From the NCBI GenBank assembly GCA_048941265.1, contig JBHLNT010000022.1:1-39062 (forward strand): a stretch of DNA of 39,062 nt, written 5' to 3'. Shown in pieces: positions 1 through 9,294 of this stretch. The number at the start of each line of letters is the position of its first letter. Positions within the stretch are counted from its first letter, which is position 1. The notes under the pieces were generated by a model that was not told where the DNA came from, searched no databases, and saw only the letters and a list, made by a program, of their open reading frames with translations. The translations under genes were made by a program, and so were the position numbers. The stretch is from Promethearchaeota archaeon. GTDB taxonomy: Archaea; Asgardarchaeota; Lokiarchaeia; Sigyniarchaeales; SOKP01.

Positions 1-456
1 ATTGATTCAAGGGACTTAAGTGACGCAACTCCAGCGCCTTTCATGTTACTATTCTCTACATTTTTATTAGTTTTTGGAATTTCGGGGATTATTTTATATT
101 TTCTTATTACTAACTGGCTAAGATTTTTGATTTTTTTTATAACACCACTCATAGCTTACCTATTTACACATTATATCTCAGTGGGATGGAAAAAAATTGC
201 AAAATCAAGATATTATAATATTTCTTCAACACAAAACCTTATAGGAGTCCAGGGCGAAGTCGTTTTATCGGTGGATTACAGAGGAGGGGTCATCAAAATC
301 CCCTCCTCAACACCTTTGAAATTTGAAAAGGTGCATGTAAAACCACTAAAACTTGATTCTCAATTTGAAGAAGGAGAAATGGTTTATATTTGCGATGTGA
401 ACAAAGGCTTTTTATTGGTTGATAATAATAAAAAATTAATTAAAAGGAGGGGATAA
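1..456 (+). CDS. NfeD-like membrane protein (C-terminal OB-fold), 5'-truncated by the window edge
   Basis: Frame is open from base 1. TM helices are followed by LIGVQGEVVLSV..GVIKI..FEEGEMVYI, an NfeD-C pattern. Lies upstream of an SPFH gene, the classic NfeD-SPFH pairing. Confidence 0.75.
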   Translation: MDSRDLSDATPAPFMLLFSTFLLVFGISGIILYFLITNWLRFLIFFITPLIAYLFTHYISVGWKKIAKSRYYNISSTQNLIGVQGEVVLSVDYRGGVIKIPSSTPLKFEKVHVKPLKLDSQFEEGEMVYICDVNKGFLLVDNNKKLIKRRG

Positions 457-463
457 TGAAAGG

Positions 464-679
464 ATGAGTGTGAGTGAAGTAGTTTTAGAAGACGGGAAAG
501 AAAAAAAGACGGAGCAGGAGCAAAATAAAGAATCCGTCAGATTTCGTGGAAAAGATATCAAAAAAGCGAAACTAGAAAAGAAAGTTTACCATAAACCTCG
601 AGTATTCGGTCCTATACTCATCAATCTTTCAATAATACTCACAATTATAGGCATCATCCTGCTAGTATTTTACATGTGA
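464..679 (+). CDS. small tail-anchored membrane protein, hypothetical
   Basis: Charged N-terminus and one C-terminal TM helix. GGAGG/GGGA SD-like sequence upstream. Sits within the NfeD-SPFH operon. Confidence 0.65.
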   Translation: MSVSEVVLEDGKEKKTEQEQNKESVRFRGKDIKKAKLEKKVYHKPRVFGPILINLSIILTIIGIILLVFYM

Positions 680-787
680 GGGTGATTGTACTATAATTTC
701 ATTAAATTAAAAATTTTTTTTTCAAATTTAAAAAAATAAAAATTAAAATATTTTAAAACAAAAAAAAGGAGGTTAAGAAAAAAGAAA

Positions 788-1954
788 ATGCTGTTCCAAG
801 AAGTTAATGGTTGGATAGTTGGTGGAATTGTCACAGTGATTATTATAGCATTCTTAATCTTAATTTTCATGGCTACGCGCTACCGAAAATTCAAAACTAA
901 CCAATTCGTTATACATTTAAGAAACGGTACAGTAAAGCACGCAGGATTGGGTGGTTCCATATGGTTACTACCTTTAATTGACGAATTTATTGTAATCCCA
1001 ACAACTAGTATTCAAACGAATTTAGACGCGCATGAACAGGTTGTTTCAAAGGAATATCAGAACATTTCGATTTTTGGCATGTTAATCTGGAAAGTCATTG
1101 ACCCGGAGAGAGCCTTCAGTGCGGTATCTTGGTACCCTCGGGATGATAATTATGTAGAAAAAATCTTAAAAAATGCTGCGGAAGCTATAATTAGAACTAC
1201 AGCGGCGAATATGGAAATAGAAAAAATTATTCGGGAAAGAAGAGAGATAATCAAACAAATTAGTAAAGAATTACACGAATTAACTGCAGAATGGGGAGTT
1301 GTAATAGAATCGATTGAAATTAGGGAAGTAAACATCCTGGAACATGAGTTAAAAGAAAACATGGAACAAGTAAAGAAATCTATCGAGGCTAGAAAAGCTC
1401 GAATAGCTCGAGCTGATGCAGAAAGGGAATCTCGCTTAAGAGAATTAGAAGTGAGGAACGAAGTTGGTATTCAAGAACAAGTAGTAGAAAAAGAAGTAGC
1501 AATGCAAGAAAAAGACAGAGAAATCGCTATCGCGGAAAAAGAACGAGACCGAAAGACAATTGAAGCTGATGGTGAACGTCAGAAAAAAGTAATCGAAGCT
1601 GAAGCTGATGCACAACAAATTAAGAAAAAACTCATTGCTCAAGCTGAAGGTGAAGCTGAAAACATTAAGCAGCAAATGCTTGCTCAAGCTGAAGGTTTTC
1701 AAAAGCAAGTAGAAGCTATGACTAGTGCTGATGAGAGGTTTTTAGCAGTTCAATTAACTAATATTTTACCGGAGATCTTCAAGAACTTAAGCCCCGAAAA
1801 GATGTTTATTATGGGAGACGGCAATGAATCCTTTACCGCGCTTTCAAAAGCTATTATGCCATTCTTACAGCTACTACCAGAGTATTCTGACCAGATTAAG
1901 AAATTCTTTGGAAATGGTGAAATGAAAAAGGTTTTAGCAAAAATTCAGAAATAA
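788..1954 (+). CDS. SPFH/Band 7 (flotillin-like) protein
   Basis: N-terminal TM, Band-7 core (LHELTAEWGVVIESIEIREV), long AE-rich coiled coil (EAEADA, QAEGEAE). GGAGG SD upstream. Confidence 0.92.
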   Translation: MLFQEVNGWIVGGIVTVIIIAFLILIFMATRYRKFKTNQFVIHLRNGTVKHAGLGGSIWLLPLIDEFIVIPTTSIQTNLDAHEQVVSKEYQNISIFGMLIWKVIDPERAFSAVSWYPRDDNYVEKILKNAAEAIIRTTAANMEIEKIIRERREIIKQISKELHELTAEWGVVIESIEIREVNILEHELKENMEQVKKSIEARKARIARADAERESRLRELEVRNEVGIQEQVVEKEVAMQEKDREIAIAEKERDRKTIEADGERQKKVIEAEADAQQIKKKLIAQAEGEAENIKQQMLAQAEGFQKQVEAMTSADERFLAVQLTNILPEIFKNLSPEKMFIMGDGNESFTALSKAIMPFLQLLPEYSDQIKKFFGNGEMKKVLAKIQK

Positions 1955-1957
1955 TCT

Positions 1958-2000
1958 TATTTTTTTTTTTAATTTAATTCATATTTTTTTTTTTTAATTT
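1958..2000 (+). terminator. oligo-T archaeal-type terminator after the SPFH gene
   Basis: Two long T tracts immediately after the stop codon. Confidence 0.4.
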
Positions 2001-2042
2001 ATAAAATAAAACTAAAAAATAAAGGGTGAAATAAGAAAAAAA

Positions 2043-3050
2043 ATGTCTAAATTAGTTCATAATAGGGTAATTTTGGATAAAAACTATATAAGTGAAAAAT
2101 ATACAGAATTAAAAGATAAAAGAACTTATTTTGTAGCAGATCGAGTAGTAATTTCTCAAATAATGCTTTTAAATCTCACAGGTTTATTAACAACGCTAAT
2201 AATCTTTTTGGGCATTGCTAATACTATTCTAAATTTGTGGTATGTATTTTTATTTATCGTTCCGATAGTATCAATAATAATTACTTACATAAAGAGAAAG
2301 TCATTCTATTATAATCAACACTGGCTCAGATCACTTTTGCCGCTTTCAGTCATATGGCTCTCCTTTACACTATATATAGGTGTTTTTATAGACAACTTCT
2401 GTGGTATAGAAAAAACCCTATGGGTAGGGATATTCCTTAGTATATTTTACATAGCAGGATATTTAGTGGCCAAAGTAATTAGATCTATTCGCTTTATTTA
2501 CCCTAAATCAACAATATTATGGTATTTTTTCATAATGTCTGGTGCTTTAATAATTATAACCTTAATTGGTGGATATATCATACTTGATTCAAGTTTAAAA
2601 GCAAATAATATAAATGGCTTATACCGAGAGGAATATGGGGAATTTTCAAGTTGTTTACCTTGTATAATTGGAGCATTTATTATGGTAAGCGGAATAGGAA
2701 TAATGCTTTCAGTATTGCTGAATTACTGGATGCTGCAATTACTATTTGAAAATGTTAAATGGAATGTTGAGACAGATCCTCCAAATAGGCTTTATTTTTC
2801 CTGTCTAATCAGATCAATGATATGGATGGTTCTTTTTTGGATTGCTTTAGAATTATTTTTTCCACCTATAGCAAGTAAAAAGGGAGGACGTAGCCGTAGT
2901 GGGCGTAGTCGACATAGTAGTGGAGGAGGGAATAAAGCTGGCGTTGCTGCCACTACACAGAGGAAAAAATTAGTGGATCAAGAATGGGAAAAACAAAACC
3001 TCGGAGATTCGAATAGTGAAGAAAAGATTACAGAGGTAATAAAAAATTAG
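2043..3050 (+). CDS. multi-pass membrane protein with a basic G/R/S-rich C-terminal tail, hypothetical
   Basis: About 7-8 hydrophobic segments; tail SKKGGRSRSGRSRHSSGGG; GGGTGA SD. Confidence 0.75.
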   Translation: MSKLVHNRVILDKNYISEKYTELKDKRTYFVADRVVISQIMLLNLTGLLTTLIIFLGIANTILNLWYVFLFIVPIVSIIITYIKRKSFYYNQHWLRSLLPLSVIWLSFTLYIGVFIDNFCGIEKTLWVGIFLSIFYIAGYLVAKVIRSIRFIYPKSTILWYFFIMSGALIIITLIGGYIILDSSLKANNINGLYREEYGEFSSCLPCIIGAFIMVSGIGIMLSVLLNYWMLQLLFENVKWNVETDPPNRLYFSCLIRSMIWMVLFWIALELFFPPIASKKGGRSRSGRSRHSSGGGNKAGVAATTQRKKLVDQEWEKQNLGDSNSEEKITEVIKN

Positions 3051-3060
3051 TGCATTTCAT

Positions 3061-3438
3061 TTGATTTTAGGTGTCTCAATTATAGCATTAGTTATTATGA
3101 TAGAATTAATATTAATTGTTTTGGCTTATAAACTAACAAAAAATAATAATAAGCGGGCCCGAAAATCTAATAGATTATCCCTCTTAAAAGAAGGAAGGAG
3201 AGAAAGGAATAATTTTTATAATATCTCTATTAAAACACGCTCAAATATAATAAATCTACAAGAACCTCTTCAATTACCATATGAAACTGAAGAATTTTAT
3301 AGAAAGATCAGACAAAAAGAATTAAAAGTAGTGGATTTTCAGAGTTGCCAATTTTGCGGCTCGCTTTCTAATGTTGAAGCAGAATATTGCTTTTATTGTG
3401 GAAATAAATTGATTAAAGAAAATATAATATCAAAATAG
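3061..3438 (+). CDS. membrane-anchored zinc-ribbon protein (true start may be ATT at 3046)
   Basis: N-terminal TM; C-terminal CQFCG...CFYCG. Confidence 0.75.
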   Translation: MILGVSIIALVIMIELILIVLAYKLTKNNNKRARKSNRLSLLKEGRRERNNFYNISIKTRSNIINLQEPLQLPYETEEFYRKIRQKELKVVDFQSCQFCGSLSNVEAEYCFYCGNKLIKENIISK

Positions 3439-3453
3439 AGAGGTGAATTAAAA

Positions 3454-4353
3454 GTGAATGAGAATTTGGAAACAAAATTATTGAAAGGGAATTTAAAATT
3501 TCGATGGAAAGTTATCCATGACCTAGAAAAGATTGATGTTACAGAAGATTTACCAAAATATCCTGTTTTATTCCTTACATGTATGGATCCTAGAATCGAT
3601 ATTCATAGAATATTTCAATTAAATCCTGGAGATGTATTTGTCTTAAGAAATGCTGGAAATTCTTTTACTATTGATATGCTAAGATCAATTTTAATTGCTG
3701 TCCATGAATATCATATAAAATATATTATTATTCTCGGTCACCTTGACTGCGGGATGACAAAAATAAACGTAATAGAATTAAGAGAAAAAATATATGCAAA
3801 ATCTCGAGAATTAATATTTCATAACAAGAATAATCCTTATACTGAACTTAGGAACTTTTTCAAACCTTTTAAAGATGTTTTAAAAAATATTAATGAACAG
3901 GTTGAAACCCTGAGAGATTTTAAAGGTTTTCCAATGGATGTTGAAATTTTAGGATGGCTCTATGATGTGCACACGGGCTGGGTATTTGAAACTAATAAGA
4001 GCAGCGATTTCGAGAGTATTGAGGATTTTATGAAAGCCTATGAAGAATTAATCGTAAAAAAGGATCTTGAATTAGTCGATTCTCTAGATTCCCTAGAAGA
4101 AGGGCCATTAGCACCTAAAAATTTAAATTATGAAGAGGGACTCCCGGTAATGAATAGGGAATCATTAAAAGAAAAAGAATATTCTCATGGAGTTAAAAGT
4201 GAATACATAAAGCACGATCCTCAAATTAATAATAACAACATAGAGATAGATCTCTCGTTAAATCCCCCTCGAATAACTATTCCTAAAATTTATATCCCGG
4301 AGATAAAAGTAAATGTCCCAAATATGTACAAAAATAAAAAAGAAAGAGATTAG
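3454..4353 (+). CDS. beta-class carbonic anhydrase with a C-terminal extension
   Basis: Motifs TCMDPR, LRNAGN, GHLDCG and GWLYDVHTG; GAGGTGA SD before the GTG. Confidence 0.9.
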   Translation: MNENLETKLLKGNLKFRWKVIHDLEKIDVTEDLPKYPVLFLTCMDPRIDIHRIFQLNPGDVFVLRNAGNSFTIDMLRSILIAVHEYHIKYIIILGHLDCGMTKINVIELREKIYAKSRELIFHNKNNPYTELRNFFKPFKDVLKNINEQVETLRDFKGFPMDVEILGWLYDVHTGWVFETNKSSDFESIEDFMKAYEELIVKKDLELVDSLDSLEEGPLAPKNLNYEEGLPVMNRESLKEKEYSHGVKSEYIKHDPQINNNNIEIDLSLNPPRITIPKIYIPEIKVNVPNMYKNKKERD

Positions 4354-4403
4354 AATGTAAAATGAAATGTATAATTTCAATTAAAATAAGGGCGAATTAT
4401 TAA

Positions 4404-5495
4404 GTGTTAAAATATAAAAAAGTTACAGTTTTAAAAATGTTTATTTTCATTTTTATTCTCTTTCCAGTTTTTTTCTCACAATCTTATGCTAAATCAGATT
4501 ATAACTTGAATTTTAGAAAAGATATTGAAATCACTTGGAAATATTCGAAAGTAGATAAAGATTTAATTGAGAAAATAAAAAATATCTTTAATTCCAGTTT
4601 ATCTTGTTTGGATTCCAATCATAAAGAGGATTCCACAATTATGCATTATATTAAAGATATCGAAGAGACTTCAGATAACTGGAAGGTTAAAGTATATTAT
4701 AAGCATAATGACGGTTCTTATCGAAAATCAAAAGAATTAAAAATTTACAAAGATCCAAATAAAATTCCAGATGATTGGTTTTATGAGATTAATGATCTTA
4801 AGCTTAGATATATTCCTTATCATGTGAATGATTATTTAGACGAACTTGTTGAAAGTGCTCCATTAATTTCTAATACAAGTATTTTAAAGGGCTCATCTTC
4901 ACAATTATTGATATATCGTTTTAATGGTAATAATACCATTATTTCTGAACTCAATTATGACAATGCGGGAATAATTGATGAGTTTAAATTGAAAATAGAT
5001 GATGAAACAGCATATTATTATGAAAAGATAAGTATAAAAACTAATGATTATAATCCATACTCTCTGATAATAGCTATAATCATTATCATTCTAATGTGTA
5101 TTATACAAATTCCATTAGCTTATATTTTATTAAGCCACAAAAAAAAATATACCTCAGAAGATCTAACTTTTATAAATCAAAACCAAATGAATTCGAATGA
5201 ACCTCGAGTTAAATCTCTAGAATACATTGAGAATAAAAACTCAAATAGAGAACCAGTATTGGTTCCTGTAACAGAAAAACTAAACATAGTAGTTAGCGAA
5301 GAAAATTCTGAAGCTTTCTATGAAAAGTATGAGTTTTTCGAGAAGGATAATCTAACTAATGACAATCTTAATGAAAGTAAAAAATATGAGTCAAAATTCG
5401 ATTTGATAATTAAATCAAATTGTCCTTTTTGCGGTTCAAAAAGAGATATGGATGGGAGATACTGTTACTATTGTGGAAATAAATACGAAAATTGA
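4404..5495 (+). CDS. type I membrane protein with a cytoplasmic zinc ribbon, hypothetical
   Basis: Signal peptide, extracellular domain, single TM (SLIIAIIIIILMCIIQIPL), C-terminal CPFCG...CYYCG. Confidence 0.8.
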   Translation: MLKYKKVTVLKMFIFIFILFPVFFSQSYAKSDYNLNFRKDIEITWKYSKVDKDLIEKIKNIFNSSLSCLDSNHKEDSTIMHYIKDIEETSDNWKVKVYYKHNDGSYRKSKELKIYKDPNKIPDDWFYEINDLKLRYIPYHVNDYLDELVESAPLISNTSILKGSSSQLLIYRFNGNNTIISELNYDNAGIIDEFKLKIDDETAYYYEKISIKTNDYNPYSLIIAIIIIILMCIIQIPLAYILLSHKKKYTSEDLTFINQNQMNSNEPRVKSLEYIENKNSNREPVLVPVTEKLNIVVSEENSEAFYEKYEFFEKDNLTNDNLNESKKYESKFDLIIKSNCPFCGSKRDMDGRYCYYCGNKYEN

Positions 5496-5639
5496 ATATT
5501 TTAAGTATCTCCTTATTATTTTTAATAATTTATCAAAAAAATTAGTTTTATTCTCTTTTTAAATTATCGTTATTTATCATCTACTAAAAAAACTTTATCC
5601 TGATTGAAATTAATGTTATTTTAGAGTAATTAAATCAAA

Positions 5640-5882
5640 ATGATTATTATTTGCACAGCTATATATGAATTCTGAGAAGCATTCTATTGAAGAGTGATTG
5701 AAATTGGAGCTATGGGATGTGATTTAGCTTATGAGGTTGAAAAAAATCAATATGTTAAAAAATTGATATACGATGGTATTCTCTTTTACAATGTTTTTCT
5801 GGAGATTGGAAATCAAAAATTCATTGATGCTCCAGATATAAAGAAAAAAGATTGTGTAAAATATGGATGCAAACTTGAATAA
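5640..5882 (+). pseudogene. possible degraded gene fragment
   Basis: The 62-aa ORF (5694-5882) extends in frame to an ATG at 5640 through two TGA stops. No family recognised. Confidence 0.25.
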
Positions 5883-5906
5883 ATGAATTAAATTCGTTCT
5901 GCTGTT

Positions 5907-6884
5907 TTATTGTTTGTTTCTTCTAAACCACTTTCTCTTCTTTTTTAAGAATTCAGTAGGCCCTTGCCATAATATATCCTTTTTTGGTATTTCGTGGACT
6001 TTTTTTATTTTCAATACAATCATCGTACATGCATTAATTATGATGATATTTGTAACTAAAAGAATAAGGCTTCCAAGAGAAAGTGACAATTCCCCATAAA
6101 TTAAACAAAGACCCACATTCACAGCAGGGGGCATAAGTGACAATGCAATTGCAGCACCGACCACTGTTGACTTTACTGCTCCCGTGACACAAAATCCAAC
6201 TGCAATACCTGCACAAACTGCGATCATTATATCTAAATAACTAGGAAAATTTCTTGCAGCCATTTCCGATGTAACTTGAGGGTCTCTAACAAGAAATCTA
6301 ATGATAACACCTAAAAAAATCCCTGAGCATATGGATATTATTATACCTAAGAATTGAGCTATGGTACTATGTTTAATCATATTATCATCACGAGTCATTA
6401 TACCAAAAGAAAAGCCAAGGATAGGTCCCATTAATGGAGATAAAATCATTGATGCTATTACAACTGCGGGAGAATTTAATACAAGCCCGGCACCAGCGAC
6501 TATGGCGGATAAAATTATAAAGATGAGATAATTCAAATCTGGTCTCGTTCCTTCATCGATATTATTTCTAATTTCTTCCAAGGTTATTCTTTTTGGTGTC
6601 TTTTCTTCTTCAATATCAGGAGTTACATCTTTTTCAAGTTTCGGTATTGTAGCCTCTAAAGGTAAAATATCTATAATCCCAAAATCAATTCCGACCCCAA
6701 TATCATTTAGTTTATAAATCAAGCCTGGAACTGCAGTTCTCTTTTGCCTCAAGATAATAAGCGAATTAGACGTTCCTTTAAGCAGGACCATATTTTTAAT
6801 ATTAAGATCCGTATTTATAATTTCTAAAACTTTTTGTATTTGTTCTTTCTGTTCGTTTTTAAGGGTTATTTGAACCTGTCTTAT
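5907..6884 (-). CDS. TIGR00341/DUF389 family membrane protein
   Basis: Motifs LVLNSPAVVIASMILSPLMGPI and GAAIALSLMPPA. The frame extends upstream of the called ATG (6791) to ATA 6884, reading (M)RQVQITLKN, a family-like N-terminus. Confidence 0.88.
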   Translation of the reverse strand: MRQVQITLKNEQKEQIQKVLEIINTDLNIKNMVLLKGTSNSLIILRQKRTAVPGLIYKLNDIGVGIDFGIIDILPLEATIPKLEKDVTPDIEEEKTPKRITLEEIRNNIDEGTRPDLNYLIFIILSAIVAGAGLVLNSPAVVIASMILSPLMGPILGFSFGIMTRDDNMIKHSTIAQFLGIIISICSGIFLGVIIRFLVRDPQVTSEMAARNFPSYLDIMIAVCAGIAVGFCVTGAVKSTVVGAAIALSLMPPAVNVGLCLIYGELSLSLGSLILLVTNIIIINACTMIVLKIKKVHEIPKKDILWQGPTEFLKKKRKWFRRNKQ

Positions 6885-7079
6885 TTTTCTTCACTTCCTA
6901 AATTTTTTTTTTGAAAAAAAAAAAGGAATTACTTGTTTTTAAAGATTAACTTTATATTTGATATATGGATTAGATTAATACTTTACAGACTTATAACCAA
7001 ATTCTTTAAAAAAAAAGTATTATCGCCAAAAAAACTTATTTTAAAACACTTAAAGTAAGGAAAAACATTAATTTAAGAT

Positions 7080-7262
7080 GTGATATTTCGTGATGAACAT
7101 ATTAAAGAAAGAAAAGTAATTTTGGATCGCAATGAAAAACACAAATTTCATACAAAAGAGAGATATATTAAAAGAAAATATGCATTTTGCCGAAACTGTA
7201 GTGCGAACAACAGAAAAAAATATCAAAAGTATTGTGAGAAGTGTGGTTTTAAATTAGATTGA
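7080..7262 (+). CDS. small zinc-ribbon protein
   Basis: CRNC...CEKCG motif. Confidence 0.6.
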   Translation: MIFRDEHIKERKVILDRNEKHKFHTKERYIKRKYAFCRNCSANNRKKYQKYCEKCGFKLD

Positions 7263-7341
7263 ACTTAAATATTTTATATTAAGCTCTAATATCAAAAAAA
7301 TTTTTAATCTACAAATGATTTAGATATTTAAAAATTGCATT

Positions 7342-7475
7342 GCCTCCGTGGCTTAGTCGGTATATAAAATCGTTAAAATAAGATTATAGCCGTCAGCATT
7401 GCCTTGGTAAGGCAAAGGTCGCGGGTTCAAGTGATTTTTGCATTACGCATAATCGTGAAAATCCCGCCGGGGGCT
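7342..7475 (+). tRNA. tRNA-Thr(GGT) with two BHB introns (7364-7394 at 22/23; 7432-7461 at 59/60)
   Basis: Acceptor GCCTCCG/CGGGGGC, anticodon arm TTGCC-TTGGTAA-GGCAA, T stem GCGGG/CCCGC. Removing both introns gives D arm GCT-TAGTCGGTAT-AGC and T loop TTCAAGT. CCA is not encoded. Confidence 0.93.
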
Positions 7476-8294
7476 TTAAATTTTTCGATAGGAATCCTTT
7501 CTTTTATATTTACTATTTAGAGCTTCTTTAACTGAAGTACCTAGAGAATTTAATATTTTTTCAATTTCACTCTTCCTGTATTCCCATTTCATTGGTTTAA
7601 TAATATTAAGAAACACTTTTACATGGCTTTTAGCTCGGATTAGAACTTGATATGCTAAATATATCCTCCCAGATTTATTAGACTTATAAGGGGATTCTGA
7701 TATTTTTCCCGTACGAATACATAGAGATTCGCACATCGATTTAAAATCTTTAACTAAAGGTAGTGAAGCATTTTTAAATCCAATTCCAATTATTTTATTG
7801 AAATGATCAACATATAAGGAACCATCTGTATCGGTTAATCCCCTTAAGCATGCGATTACTAATGGTTTGATCTTTGAAACCCATTCTAATTCATTACATT
7901 CAATCCAAGATCTCTCTTTATTTATCCATTCAGGAACATAAACTTGATTCTTTACTTTATCTCCTGTTTTTAACCCAATAGAAATTAAAAAATCAATGAT
8001 ATCACTATTATAGAGTTTTAAATCAATTGATTTACTATCACTTCGTGGCTGCTCAATAGGAATTATCCCAAATAGATTGAATATTAGATTCTTAACATAT
8101 TCTACATATTCGGGCTCATCAACTCTATTTAATGAAATACTTAAAAGATCTCCGTCATATAATTTCTCACCTTTTTTATGTAAATGACCATCTCCTAGCA
8201 TAATTCCAATAAATTCAGCTAAAAGATCGTTTTTTTCAATATTAAAAGAGTTAAATTCATCCATTTTACTTATTTCTAAATTTATTTTAAACAT
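7476..8294 (-). CDS. free-standing two-motif LAGLIDADG homing endonuclease
   Basis: Motif 1 LAEFIGIMLGDG and motif 2 CLRGLTDTDGS. No intein splice motifs and no host ORF. Confidence 0.9.
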   Translation of the reverse strand: MFKINLEISKMDEFNSFNIEKNDLLAEFIGIMLGDGHLHKKGEKLYDGDLLSISLNRVDEPEYVEYVKNLIFNLFGIIPIEQPRSDSKSIDLKLYNSDIIDFLISIGLKTGDKVKNQVYVPEWINKERSWIECNELEWVSKIKPLVIACLRGLTDTDGSLYVDHFNKIIGIGFKNASLPLVKDFKSMCESLCIRTGKISESPYKSNKSGRIYLAYQVLIRAKSHVKVFLNIIKPMKWEYRKSEIEKILNSLGTSVKEALNSKYKRKDSYRKI

Positions 8295-8412
8295 TTAAAT
8301 ATTGATAGTGAGGTCATTTTTTGAATAGAATAAAATTCCAATCGTAAAAGATAAGAATAATTTTAAATTAAATTATTTATTATCTTTAACGATATTATAT
8401 ACTCATATACTT

Positions 8413-8549
8413 GCCGGTGTGGCTTAGCTGGTTATAAAATGTCTGTATTTTTCAGATATTGAATAGGCGCCAGACTCATAATCCTTCTGAAAAAATGGGT
8501 CAGACTGGATGTATTCTGGAGGTCGCGGGCTCAAATCCCGCCACCGGCA
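8413..8549 (+). tRNA. tRNA-Met(CAT), probably elongator, with two BHB introns (about 8437-8466 at 23/24; 8482-8514 at 38/39)
   Basis: Acceptor GCCGGTG/CACCGGC plus discriminator A. Spliced anticodon arm CCAGA-CTCATAA-TCTGG. T stem GCGGG/CCCGC. The G1-C72 pair and the absence of three G-C anticodon-stem pairs argue against initiator. Confidence 0.9.
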
Positions 8550-8598
8550 CTCATTTTATCTTTAACTTATGAGAATAGATTAATAATCATCTTACATT

Positions 8599-9243
8599 TT
8601 GAATTATATGAATTTTAAAGATATTATGAGAAAATTTAAAACTTGGCCCCTATGTGCCCAAACAATTACTATTATCATTCCGGTATTTACTATATTGACA
8701 TTAATATCCATAATTCTTTTCGGTCCCAGTTTTTCTTTTATTAAACATCATATGAGTACCTTAGGGACCCAACGTTGGAATCCGAACGGTTTTTTGTTTT
8801 TTGATATTGCTTGTATCATAACCGGGGTTCTTTTATTTCCCTATTTCTATGGGACAAAAGAATGGAGCACTGATAGTAAACTTTTTAATATTGTTCTCTA
8901 TATATTCATTGGCATTGGTTTTGTAGCGTCATTTGGAATTATCATGCAAGCTATTTTCCGCGGAGATTTTCAACCTTGGCATTTCATATTTAGTGCTGTT
9001 CATTGGGTTGCTAACTTCTTTTTCTTGGCAATTGCTCCCATTCCTTTATTGAAACATGAAAAATATTATAGATCTATTACAATAATTTGTGTTATCGCGA
9101 CAATTTTTAATTTTATTTATGTAATCACTGCTGGGGTATATCCTTGGATCGAATGGATAACTGCCGCAACTTCATTTACATTTGGAGGATTAATAGGCAG
9201 AAACATGGTAAAAGAAAGATTTCCTCCTTCTTTTAAAAAGTAA
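8599..9243 (+). CDS. DUF998 family membrane protein
   Basis: FSFIKHHMSTLG..NPNG..FDIACIITG pattern, a conserved H and a C-terminal EW; about five TM helices. Confidence 0.75.
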   Translation: MNYMNFKDIMRKFKTWPLCAQTITIIIPVFTILTLISIILFGPSFSFIKHHMSTLGTQRWNPNGFLFFDIACIITGVLLFPYFYGTKEWSTDSKLFNIVLYIFIGIGFVASFGIIMQAIFRGDFQPWHFIFSAVHWVANFFFLAIAPIPLLKHEKYYRSITIICVIATIFNFIYVITAGVYPWIEWITAATSFTFGGLIGRNMVKERFPPSFKK

Positions 9244-9294
9244 TATAACAGTATAAGAAAAATTATTATTAAATCTTTTTTTCTCTTTATTAAA

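Noticed and set aside
5640-5693. Two in-frame TGA codons as selenocysteine
   Set aside because: No redox-motif context, no recognisable selenoprotein family and no SECIS identified. Decay is more likely.
7476-8294. LAGLIDADG gene as part of an intein or an intron
   Set aside because: No N-terminal Cys/Ser block or C-terminal HN, no host ORF, and it lies outside and antisense to both tRNAs.
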